From: Azolla caroliniana
Lineage: Eukaryota > Plantae > Polypodiophyta
Direction of reading: 5' to 3'
NCBI GenBank assembly: GCA_043228905.1
Contig: JBHGNT010000001.1
Coordinates: forward strand, 21,700,001-21,764,000
DNA length: 64,000 nucleotides
This document shows positions 12,627-25,200 of the stretch, piece by piece (position 1 is the stretch's first letter; each line of letters opens with the position of its first letter). The notes under the pieces were generated by a model. It was not told the origin of the DNA. It saw only the letters and a list, made by a program, of their open reading frames with translations, and did not search any database. The position numbers and the translations under genes are program-made.

Positions 12627-15600
12627 TAGATAGATAGATAGATTATATTATCGTCTTCAGAGGTCAAATATGACCTATGAGACCAAAAATATTACATTTC
12701 ACGTGATACATGTGAAAGTGAGTAGTGACTCTCGATGTTCAAGAACTTTACCAATGAATGTTGCAATCGAGAGTGCACATTGTGGTTGTGAGAGGAATTC
12801 ATGCGAAGATTGGGCTTGGTCGAAGAGATGTGGAAAGCATACTCAGACTCGCAAACTTGTTTAGGGCAAAGTGTGCATAGCCGACCACTCTCATCACTTG
12901 TGCCCCAATGCATTGTTTCACATCGCAATGCATGTGAGCTAAGTCGCATGGAAGCAATGGTTGGAATGGCAGATAACGGTATGGGCTCTAACATGTATCG
13001 ATGTGTACGATTTCCCTGTTCCGCAAAGAATATGGTTTTGTAGTTAGGTACAACATGTGTAGTATAATGTGTGAAGCGTGATCCTCCACATTTGTCCCAT
13101 GTCATGATTACATTGGCGTTCCAAAAAGGCCTCATTTACAGAGGAATCTAATGATGCATCATGAAGCAAGTGTCTCGCATCCCATCTACCAAACCATTTT
13201 TCTATATCTTGAATCCAACTGGAACACAAAATTTTGCTTTCATGCGTCTTTTAGATCTTTTTGCTTGCTTCCCACGCAATTCTAGGAAGTCGATGTGAGG
13301 GACTTTTTTGAACCTTAAGCATGTATTCAACAACCCTTTCCATAGCCATGATCTCAATGGGAAGCGATCCCGTCTCAAGGAGGAGGAGGGCGTAGGGCAT
13401 TTATTTCTTAACTTGTGGAAACTTTGTAAGAAAATGTTTTTGGACATTTTCAAACTCTTTCCACATAGATTTAGGGATGCTACCGCCCCAACACTTAATA
13501 TCTCCAAGATTGCATGTGTTCTCAAATGCATAGTATGCTCGCTTACCTGCCTCTAAACGGCGTGTAACACATTCATTCCATCTATGATTTGAAGGAACTT
13601 CAAGGCCAAGATATTTGAAGTTTTCCACACATTCAAGTGGCTCATTGTTGTACATAATGCATGGTTTATCTCTTTTTTGGCTCTTCACAAGCATAATCTT
13701 TGTTTTAGAGCTATTGACACTTAATTTAGTATGCATGCAAATTTTTTCCAATGTCTTCATAAGCTTTTGTGCATCTCCTAAAGTATTTGCAAAAAGCACT
13801 ACATCATCTGCATATAGCAAAACCATAATCACAACATTCCCAATGGCAACTTCTTCCACACATTCTTCCTTTGCAAACTTGGTAACCATTTCTTCCAATT
13901 CATCAATGCATACACCAAATAGTGTTGGTGAGAGTGGGCATCCTTGCTTGACACCAATAGTGCTTTTGAAAAAATCTGAAAGTTTATCTCTCATGCGCAC
14001 ACAACATATAACCTTCTCATAAATTCGGGAAATTGCAAGCATATATTCACTTGGCACCTCAAGTTCTTCCATTCGCCTCCAAAGATGCTCACGAGGTACC
14101 ATATCAAAAGCTTTCTTGAAGTCTACAAAGCAACAATATGAACCTTTACCTCTAAGGAGACTTTCCTCCATTAATACTCAAAGGGTGATAAGGTGATCAA
14201 TGGTGCTATGGTGTTTCCGAAAGCCAACTTGTCTATAAGCTCTCTTACCATTTTTTTCAGTCCATACAATTTTCTTTGATTCCATTATACATCCAAATAG
14301 TTTTGCCATGAATGAGCCAACCATGATGGTTCGATAGTTGTTTACATTATTTATATCTCCACCTTTATGTAAAGGTTTGATCCAATTTGTAGTCTAATCG
14401 TACGGCATGCCATGTTGTAATGCATCATTAAACATATCACTTATCCATATATATGTGCTTCCTTTTCCATCCATTTGAGCATTTCAGCCTTTATATATTG
14501 AAGATCGATTTCCTTTCGAGAGGCCAATTTCTTAAGTCCTATGCATATATCTTCAATTATAAAGAAGGGAGGCATATGTGAAAGAGAACCATAACACATC
14601 ATCTTTCCGGCAAGAGATAACTCATATAAATTCTTACAATGCATAGACAAGTCGTGAAGAGTTAAGTCGCCATAACTCTCAACACGTTGTCACGTTGCTA
14701 CGCGCGTGCGTGGAGAAGGGCGGGACCACGGGGGTCTTGGACTAAGGAATAGAGGAGAAGGAATCGGTCATGGAATGGAAGCCTTGCTCGAGAAGAAGAA
14801 GAAGGAACAAGAGGAAGATGGAGACAAGACGATTACCAAGATGTATTAAAATGAAATGAACGATTACAAAATGGTGGCCGCGTAGGCCGCACCAAACGAC
14901 TACTCGAAACCCTAACCGACGAAGGTGAAGAAAAAGACCAAGAAACCCTAACCATAACCCTAACGCTCGACCTATGTGGTATACCTCGCACACTCAAAAT
15001 AGGCAACCCTCACAATGGTTCCTTCCCTCTCCTTTTATAGCACAAGGTGGGAAGACCATTTACAAAAGTGAGACTAAAATATCCCCCTTTCATTGAAAGG
15101 GGATATTTGCCTTGATTTGGGGAGGGTGAGATTGATGGCCCCCTTAACTCCCACCTCCTCACAAACAACTAGGTACCTATGTACAACATAGTACCTCTCT
15201 CTCTCTCGCGCGTGGATGTGCGCACAAGACCACATCACCTTTATACCTTAGGGATCTTATGGGGCATTTCTAGCACCATACCCTTTACCCTTATTACTAT
15301 TACAAATACATTATGTACGTGTGCAACGTTGCACATCGCTCTTTGGCTCTCGTTGCTCGGGTTTCCGCTTGTGGACGAAAATCTTCACGACATCCGCCCC
15401 CACCTAACCGCACATCCACCGGTATGTGCCATAACATAGGGGAGAGAACACGAGATTTTCGGCCACAACGACCGGCCGAGTTCTTAGCGTCCTCGTGGGC
15501 CCGCTAAATCCACTTCGAGCAAGACCACCACGTCCACACGAACCACCGCTGCCTTCCGTTCCACCATCCTCGCCGAATGGTCTCGAACCGTCGGCGCCAT

Positions 15601-18600
15601 CCGATCCGCCACACTCGACGATGTTCGCCAAGTCGTTGCCTCCACCCGATCTGCCACGTCCACCGTGGGTCCTTGAACCACTGGCTACATCCGACCCGCC
15701 GTATCCGATGCCCGTGCTTTCCTCCCTGTTCGGTCCTCCCGAATGCCGTCGCCGACTCGGTTGCTCTTCCTTTGTCCGCCTCGTATATCCTCCGGATTCG
15801 CTTCCGGTCGCATGCCGGATTCCTCCCTTTGCGTGCCGCGCACCTCGGCGTGCCGACTCTCTCCGCTCCGCGCTTGCCTTCCATAGACTCTTCCCCTGCG
15901 ACGATGTTGTCCCCCGAATATGCACTCATTGTTTGGCCCTTAGGCGGCCCCATTCCTCATTCCTTGCCTCTCCTTTGCCCGTCATGCTCTCTCGCCGTAG
16001 AGCGTACCGTCATCTCGACCTCCGTGTTGGTGTCCCTCGAGGCTCTCGTTATCGCCTCGCCTCGACTTGCACCCTCTTGGCCTGCTTGGCCTTGTATGCC
16101 CTCCGGGAAGCCGCCGCGCTTTCTCTTCCCGGTGTGTACCCCGTTGTTCTCCGCGCATCTCCTCCGTTTTCCTAGATACGACTCTCCGCTCATGCCGATC
16201 GCGCTCGGCCCATGTCGTCGATCTTGGTTTTTCGCCGCGCCGTCCGTCCTTCGTCCCACGCTTGCCTCTCGAAGGCTTGACCCGACCGTCATCGTCGGTC
16301 AATCGTTGTCGCCCATCCGCCGTATGCATGCTTGTGTCTTGGCCCTCCACCGGCCGTATTGCATGCGTCTCGTGTCGCGCTTCCACCGTAGACCCGACCT
16401 CCGCGTCGGTCTCCAACTCCTCGCCGCCACCCACCGTTTCCTCGTTCTCCTTTCGATCCGCGACCGTCGATGCCTCACGGGTAGGTGTGGAGGGTTCCTC
16501 CCACTCTTAGTCCACCATCTAGTCCTCGCCTCTCAAAGGCTCAATTGGTCCACCGTTTCCGGTCACTCGTTGGCGCTCTCTCGGATGCATGCTCGTTCTT
16601 GGGCCCTTCACCGACCGTAATGCATGCTTCGTGTTACGCCCTTCATCCGTCGTAGACCCGACCTCCGCGTCGGCCACTTCTTCCTTTGTCACCGTAGCCC
16701 GTTCTGACCCGGGCTCGCCATCTTGGACCCGCTCGTCCATCACCTCATACCAGATACCCGCTCGAATAACTTTGTTCGCTTCGGCCTCCGACTCCTCGCC
16801 GCCATCCGCCGTCTCTCCGGTCTCACGTTGATCCGCAACCGCCGAAGTCTCTAGAATGGGTGTGGAAGGTTCCTCTCGCTCTCGGTCTTCTAGCAAGCCG
16901 TGATCACCGTGCCCACTAGGCCTCCTCAATACGCTCACTGGCTCTCGTCGCGTGTTGTGACCCGTCCTCCCCGATCTCCAATCATGCCGACTTAGCCTTC
17001 GCCCGGATCGGTCTCGGCCGATCGAGTTCTGGTTTGGTCGGCTCCCTTCCGTAATCGTAACCGGCTGGTACATGTTTGTCCGCGCAAATCCGGCCTTGCC
17101 GGTTCTTCTTCGGTTTGGGCCCGGTTGACCGGACCCCGCTTCACTCTTCTTCCGCTCCGCCTCCCGGTCGGCTCGGATTACCGACCGGCTCATCTTTTGG
17201 TCGGGTCGGTTCCCGACTCGCTCCTCGATGCCGCTCCGGACCTCTCCTTCGGTCTTTTCGCACGTGCCCACTCCGGGCCTCTCATCCTCACGGCCACCGC
17301 CCATCTCTCTGGTCTTATGTCCGCGCTCGGGCGCAACCGCCGAAGTCTCCGGCCCCGGTGTCGAGGGATCTCGCCTCCGTCCGCTACAAACCTCCTCTTC
17401 GTCATTTTGGTTGCCCGCCTTGCCGCCGCCACCGTCCGTCTCTCTAGGTCTCACACCGGCTCTCGGGCCGGTTGCCGGAGTCTCTAGGACCAGTGTGTGG
17501 AAGGTCGCGGCACCGCCGCTCATCTCCTCTTCTTCCTCGATTCCGCAAGCCTCGAGTATGCTCGCGAAATCCTCGTAGAACGTTTCGGGCAACTGCGTCC
17601 CGAAACTTTCGCCCACTCTCGACGTGGTGTCCATTGCTCCGTAGATATCGGCCTCATCCATGGCCGTCCTCTTTCCACAAGTCGAGAGGGTCGCTCGCTC
17701 CACACCCTCTCCCACATCGTCGCCGTGGTCGTCCGCCTTGCCACCGCCACCGTTCATTACCCTAGGTCTCACGCGGGCACTCGGGCCGGCCGTCGGGGTC
17801 TCTTGAACCGGTGCGTGTAAGGTAGCAATGCCGCCGCTCGTTGATGCTATGCCCGTAGCCACCTCCATTCGGACATCGTCGTCCGTGGCTACCCCACCTC
17901 CGTATATGCAAGCATCAATTATGCTTGCTGCCTCCTCTTCCACGGTCTCCTTACCGTTGTCTCGGTTGCCCATCTTGCCGCCGCCACCACCCGTCGCTCT
18001 AGGTCTCACGCCGGCAATCGGGCCGACCGTCGGTGCCTCTAGGGCCGGTGTGTGTAAGGTTGCGGCACCGCCGCTTGTCTCCTCCTCACTCGATGTTTCG
18101 GGCTGACCGCCGGTGCCTCTAGGGCCGGTGTGTGTAAGGTTGCGGCACCGCCGCTTGTCTCCTCCTCACTCGATGTTTCGGCCCGCCATGTCCCGAATCC
18201 GTAGTTACCGGCCTCCATGGCCGTCCATTCACCGCAAGACAAGAGAGTCGCTCTTTCCGCACCCTCTCCCATGTCACCATCGTGGTCGCCCGCTTGCCGC
18301 CGCCACCGCCTGTCACTCTAGGTCTCACACCCGCTCTCGGGCCGGTTGCCGGAGTCTCTAGGTCCGGTGTGCGTAAGGTCCCGGCACCACCGCCCGTCTT
18401 CTCCATGCTCGAACTCCCTCATGTCCCCTCGAACTGGCGATCGCCGCCTCACCGTCCCCGACCTCGTCCTCGGTCGATCTTTCTCCGCATGTCGAGAGGG
18501 TGGCTCGCTCCCCACCCTCTCCCGTGGTACCGATGTACCATTCTCTTTCAGCCTCCTCATCCTCCGATCCGCTCGGGCCCGACTCCGCAATAAGCCCTTC

Positions 18601-21600
18601 TTCGGCTTCAACTTGTGCCTCTATGATCTCGTACGCTTCCCGCACCAAGGCTTCGATGTCGAGCTCCTCCGAACCAATTTGCGTTGAGCTCTCTTCCGGT
18701 GATAGTGCGTAGTCGGTCGCCGCTCTCTCTTCTCCGCCGCTAGCGGGCCGCGTTGTGGCCGATCACCTCTCATCGCATTGTATGCACGCCCATTCCACCT
18801 CGTTCCAATCTTCGGTGAGGCCGTACGCCCCTTCATCGTCTTCGAGGTAGGGAAAAATGGCCATTCTCCCCCTTTCGTTGACTGACTTCAAGAATAGTGG
18901 GACCTTGTCCGCCCCCACCGATTCTTGATCCCAGACCGAAAGTTGGGAAAACCGGAGATCGAACTCCCGGAATGCCTTCATTGCGCTTCGAGGAGCCTCT
19001 GCTGATGACACCCATAGATCGAACTCACGTCGATCGTACTTGTACACCTCTTCTCGTCTTTCTCTCCTTCTTGCGAAATCCCTCACCATTCTCGTAATTA
19101 CTTCCGCGATGTCTCCGGCTTCCATCTCCTTCCTCCCTTGCCGCCTCTTCACGTCGGGTACACCAAATATGTCGGGTTGCTATGCGCGTGCGTGGATAAG
19201 GGCGGGACCACGGGGGTCTTGGACTAAGGAGTAGAGGAGAAGGAATCGGTCATGGAATGGAAGCCTTGCTCGAGAAGAAGAAGAAGGAACAAGAGGAAGA
19301 TGGAGACAAGACGATTACCAAGATGTATTAAAACGAAATGAACGATTACAAAATGGTGGCCGCGTAGGCCGCACCAAACGACTACTCGAAACCCTAACCG
19401 ACGAAGATGAAGAAAAAGACAAAGAAACCCTAACCCTAACCCTAACGCTCGACCTATGTGGTATACCTCGCACACTCAAAATAGGCAACCCTCACAATGG
19501 TGCCTTCCCTCTCCTTTTATAACACAAGGTGGGAAGACCGTTTACAAAAGTGAGACTAAAATATCCCCCTTTCATTCAAAGGGGATATTTGCCTTGATTT
19601 GGGGAGGGTGAGATTGATGGCCCCCTTAACTCCCACCTCCTCACAAACAACTAGGTACCTATGTACCGCATAGTACCTCTCTCTCTCTCGCGCGTGGATG
19701 TGCACACAAGACCACATCACCTTTATACCTTAGGGATCTTATGGGGCATTTCTAGCACCATACCCTTTACCATTATTACTATTACAAATACATTATGTAC
19801 GTGTGCAACGTTGCACATCGCTCTTTGGCTCTCGTTGCTCGGGTTTCCGCTTGTGGACGAAAATCTTCACGACAACGTTTCCCCTTTAGATTTCCCCAAA
19901 ATTTAGCACATGCATGTGCTTTCTCTTGCGTTTGGATAAATTTTTGAGTAACTTCCCATATTCTTCTCTTTCTTTGAATAAGCCTTTTATACTCATGCAA
20001 ATGCTTTTGGTAATTCTCTTTATCCTTAACTACATCCAAAACCATAAGGCACTTTCGAGCTTCACGACATTCTTTATCAAACCATTTTTTCCTAAGTTTC
20101 TTGGTGCATTTCCAAGATGTGCGGTTGGTCGAAAAACATTTGTTTGTACAGGAGAGAATGACTTTCTTGAAAGCTTCCCATTTGCATTCTAGTATGGCAC
20201 CATGTTGTATCTTTGTCATTTGTAACATATCCCAACCATCTTGGAATACATGGGTGCTCGCTTAAGGTTCATGCTCAAGTGTGGTTGTTTATTATCTTCA
20301 ATAGCCTTCTCACAATCAAACCTACGCATACATTTGAGATAAATACATAAAGGCCTATGATCGGATTCCGGTGTCCATTCACCAAGTGAGAATTTATGTA
20401 TACGATCCAAAATACCTTTAGAAAGTAGCACATAGTCAATCACACTATTTCCCTTGTGTTTTCTACATGTAAAACCATTAGTGTTGGGCCATAAGGAAAT
20501 ACCATTTGCAATAAGCAATCCGGTACTATTGCACATTTTTAGGAGTAACTTCCCAAATTGGTCTGGATCTTTTTCATCGCTCAAAGAGCGGCTATACATT
20601 TGCAGATCCTCTTGCATCCTTGAGATATGTGGCCTAAAAGATTCTTGCGAATCAAGTTGGAAACTTCTTGTACGAGCATTCATGTCACCAAAGACAATAA
20701 CTTCCCCTTTGGATTTGAAATAAGTAATATCATCTTCTAGATTGGCAAACCGTTGATCTTTATCCAAACAAGCATAAAAGTTAGAATCTTGATGAGGAAT
20801 GTAACATCCAACTAAAAAGTGGGCAAATCATTAGGTGTTTCTATTTTAAGCCATATGTAGCATTTATGTTCATCATTTTTTATGATTGACACATATTTCT
20901 CTATTTCCTTCTTAATCAAACATGCCACCCCTCCTTGTCCTCTTCTTTGTCTTGGATTTTTCTTCCATATCAAAGAGTGTACATTATAGTTTCCTAAACC
21001 TTGAATCCTTTGAGTATCATGCTCCCATGTTTCAACAAGAAGTGTGATATCTGAGTCATCGGTGAACTCCTCTATGCCAAATCCCACATTCCATGGCTAT
21101 CCATTGCAATTCCAAAAGCATAGTCGTAAAAGGCGTGGGTTAGTCTCATAGATCACGTGTCCCTATTTGCCTACATTTCCATCTTTAGGCACATCCTTAA
21201 CCTTATTTTTCAATCTTTCTTCGTATGCTTTACGGCGAGCATTTTGTTGTGAGATAGTACGATCTTTACTCACAAAGCATTGCGTACCTTTAAGGTATAC
21301 CCAACTATTTTTTAGTATGATCCGCCACTTTGTATCATCTGTCATTGTGCATACAATAGGCCTTTCTCTGGAGCGTGTAACACCATGTTTCCCAACTCAG
21401 TGTGCCCCATATACATTCACATCTGACATCCCATAATGCATGCTAAAAAATTCACCAATGGCCTTTCCATGGGTTGCGGGTGTTTCCATACTCTGTTCTT
21501 TAATCCCACGGACAACAATATTCTTTGATCGTCGTTCACATTCTTTCAATTCTCGGACATCGATGCTTTCTATATCTTCTCTTGATGCATCACATGCATA

Positions 21601-22252
21601 TTAAATGAGTTTGATAGCACATCCCCACCACATACATCAGCCCATGACTTCGTGGTACATACATTTTTCATCTCACTTACATCCCGCCTCATCGTGTCCA
21701 ATTTTTCTTCTTTTAATGCCTCCTTTAACTCAATCTTGTTAAGGCGTTCATTTGTTTTGAAAGAAGCTCTTTTACATTCTTGAATCTCTTCTTGATGTTT
21801 TGCAACCACTTGTTTAAGACTTTCATTCTCTTTCATTAACATCCTAATCTCTTCACCTTGCTTGTTTATGGTTTCTTGAAGAGAAATCAAGTGACTCATA
21901 AGCATTTTGTCCATTGCATTGGAATTGAGATTTGTTGGTGATCTCGGTTCATTATCAATCATACCCCCGAACTTTGCGGCAACTTTACGAGTATTTGCAA
22001 TTGTAGGGACAAACCCTATGGGAAGAGAGAGACAGAGAGGAAGGAGAGAGAATGTACCTTTCACTCGATTTAGGGCTTCAAAATCTACCTTGCGTTTGAG
22101 GAACCGTGGGGCAAAGATGGCTGCGGATGAAAATGCTCATAACTTATCGCCATGGTAACGGAATTCAGTAAATGAACATTCTTTAGAAAGATCTTTGGAA
22201 GAGCTTTCCAACGAGCTATAGAATGTAGAAAATGATAGCCGAAATGAATGTA
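12627..22252 (-). mobile_element. Near full-length non-LTR retrotransposon (APE-RT LINE, RTE/RTEX-like), interrupted by a Gypsy at 14688-19874
   Basis: ORF1 is coiled-coil-like (~21163-22064). Endonuclease motifs are ETW, GDMNAR and SDHRP (20216-21087). RT motifs are FVDFKKAFD, GVKQGCPLSP, LLYADD and KYLG (13401-14171). The C-terminus has RLCTLC. There is a 3' hairpin at 12661-12676 and a (TATC)n tail. Confidence 0.9.
14688..19874 (-). mobile_element. Non-autonomous Ty3/Gypsy-type element Y2 (gag fragment plus repeat-rich ORF, no pol)
   Basis: 705-bp LTRs at 14688-15392 and 19170-19874, near identical. TSD is ACGT (14684-14687, 19875-19878). tRNA-Trp PBS at 19148-19165 and PPT-like GGTGGGGGCGGA next to the left LTR. 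A gag-like ORF lies at 18763-19152, and no RT or INT motifs are present. Confidence 0.9.
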
Positions 22253-25200
22253 GAGAGAGACAGACAGACAGATCCGGCGACCTCTCACATCAACACCTTT
22301 AGTCGGGTGTTATACGAACTCTCCTCCCAACGGATTAACTTTGAAGAAGAAGTGAAAGCCCTTGCCCTACTTTCGAGCTTGCCGGCAAACTGGGAGGTAT
22401 TCTACACGACATTTGCCAACAGTTGGCCGAAGCTAAACTTGGACAAAACGATCGGCAAAATCCTCAAAGAGGACATTCAGCAAAAATCGATGGGACTCAC
22501 CATTGATGACTCGGTAGAAGACCACGACTCGACTGAACAAGCCGGAAGAACCAACTGAAGAACTAGTCAATCGAGAAGGAGGATTGACAATCGATAGCGG
22601 TCGAAGTCAAAGAATAGTTGATGAAGTGCTTTCTACACCCATTGCAGAAAGTCTGGTCATGATCCCTCGAACTGTTGGTTGATCAAGAAGAAGGAGAGCG
22701 GTCGGCGATTTGAGCGGAATCCAAGACAATCCAACTCGAACCTTCCAAACACTGGCAACCAAGTTAATGTTGTCGAATCCCGATTGAGAGAAATCCTCTC
22801 ATTCGAGGAATCATCGACTGGTGAAGTGTTATATAATGCGCAAGATGCACAGACGTGGCTACTAGATTCCGGAGCCACATTTCATGTAACCCCACCGAAT
22901 GGTTTTCAAACTATTCGTCCGGAGTTAGCGGCACGGTCCTACTAGGCAATGGGCAGGAATGCAAAATCGTGGGAATCAGTGATGTATCAATTCGATCTCC
23001 AAATGGAAATACAATCATCTTGCACCAAGTTCGGCACGTGCTCGTGTTGAAAAGGATTCTGGTCTCCATCGACATGCTAGCCGAAGACGGGTACCGCACG
23101 ACTCTCATGGAGTCGACATGGATGATCAGCCAAGGAAATCTGAAAATCGGGAATGGATATAGGTACAAGAACTTGTATCCACTAATAGTGATCAATCCAG
23201 AAGGGGTCATGCACATAGCCGAATCGGGGGACTCGAACCTATGGCATGGCCAACTCAGCCATATGTCACAAGCCGGATTGGACTAGCTAATACTGACTGA
23301 CTACATCCCGAAACTCCAGACAAAGAAAATATTTTGTGAGCATTATCATTACGGGAAACAAACCCGAAGTCCGCACTCTCTCCATTACGAGATGGTACGA
23401 CAACCTCTAGAGTTGGTCCACACAGATATATGTGGTCCAATGCTCGAATGGTCCCTAGGAGGCTCCCCATACTTCATCACATTCGTAGATGATTATACAC
23501 GGAACGTCAGGGCCTACTCAATTAGGTCGAACGATGAAGCACTTGAGGTCTTCACTCAATGGTTAGTCGAAGTGGAGAACCGGTTGGGACACCGTGTGAA
23601 GACACTTCGATCTGACAACGGAGGTGAATATACCTCTTGAGCCTTCAAACAATACTTGTCCGACAATGGGATCCGGCACCAAAAGACCGTTCCTTATACT
23701 CCCATGCAAAATGACGTGGCGGAACAGATGAACCGGACTCCAGGAGAGGGTGACGACAATGCTCCAGCACTCTAGACTAAAGCTAGAATTCTAGGTCGAA
23801 GCATTACAGATCACAATATACTTGATCAATCTGTCGTGGTCGAGAGCAATAAGGCTTGAGGTGCCACAAGCACTATGGTCAGGCAAACAACCGACCTGCA
23901 ATAAGCTCTATATATTCGGATGCGAAGCTTATGCATTCATCCCCAAGGACAAAATGAATAAGTTGGCACCCCATGCACTTAAGTGTATATTTCTCAGTTA
24001 TGGAACTGATGGGGAATTAAGTTATTAGCTATGGAACCCAGAGAACCAAAAACTAATCCAGAGTAGTGACGTAGTCTTTAATGAAGACTCGAATCTCTCT
24101 TAACGGAACCACCCGAACGCAGTTAGCAAAAAGGTTTCCTTTGAAATCAACAGAGATATTGTAGAAGGAACGACCTTGCATGCCAAGCTGGCAATTCGAC
24201 AAACAGTCGAAGAAAGCCAAGCAAGAAATCACTCTACCGAATCTGAATCGGCAAGAGGTCCACTAGTCGAAATTGATTCGACTACGAGATTGATGGGAGG
24301 TGACAACAACAGAGTCGACACGACCTTCTCGCCCAAATAGGCTAACGTGCCCAGAGGCTGAACCGCACCAAACAAGGCACCAACCACTCTATCAATCACT
24401 CCCGAAAAAGGGAAAGATGGCTCGACATCATCCCACTGCATGGGCGAGTTTTCCAACAGGACTCCTGAAGATGGTTCAAGTAATACCAATAGGCTGACCG
24501 AGCCGATTGAAGAAAGCAAACCAAAATCAGCACCCAAGAGATATAGACGAGTCTGAAGGCCGACAAAGTTTTACCAATTGGGCCTCGACTACGTCAACTA
24601 CACAGACGCAGGCGAACCAAGTTCTTACGAAGAAGCTTTAACCTCGCGGTACGCCGACACATGGCCACCAGCCATGAAATCCGAGATGAACTCGATTCAT
24701 CAAAATCAAACATGGGTGCTGGTCGAACTACCAGCTAAAAGGAAGCCGCTACCCTGCAAATGGGTCTTCAGATACAAATATGTATCCAATTCGGAGAGGC
24801 CCAAATATAAAGCTCGGCTTGTCACCAAAGGATTAAAACAAGAATATGGGGTCAACTACAACGAGATATTGTCAATGTTAACATGCGGAAGCATTAGACA
24901 GAACCGACTGAGCCGGATAGCAACAGAGAATAAGATGAAGGTTTAATGGTGAAGCTTAATACATAGAGAGTATACGCGGGAGAGACACAGAGAGCAGAAC
25001 GTAAATGTAGATTCAAAAATAATAAAAACACTTTGTACATAGAGTGTGCTCAGAGAGCACTTTTATACAAGTCCATAAAGGACTGACAGAAGTACTGACA
25101 GGTACTTCAATATTCCTACGTGCGACTAACACTAACTACGAGACCATGATTACCTAGTAGTCTAGGCTACTACTAGGCTTCCGGTTCACACTCGAATCCG

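Noticed and set aside
14651-14660. GTCGTGAAGA resembling the Gypsy LTR terminus near the Y2 insertion
   Set aside because: It reads as continuous LINE ORF2 (LTLHDL) and has no TG end or TSD, so it is probably coincidental.
15077-15108. Hairpin AATATCCCCCTTT-CATTG-AAAGGGGATATT as a terminator
   Set aside because: It is an LTR-internal palindrome (also at ~19560), and intrinsic terminators do not apply here.
15495-18687. Long plus-strand ORFs (e.g. 15577-16620) as genes
   Set aside because: They are antisense shadows of GC-rich, repeat-rich TE sequence with no domain motifs.
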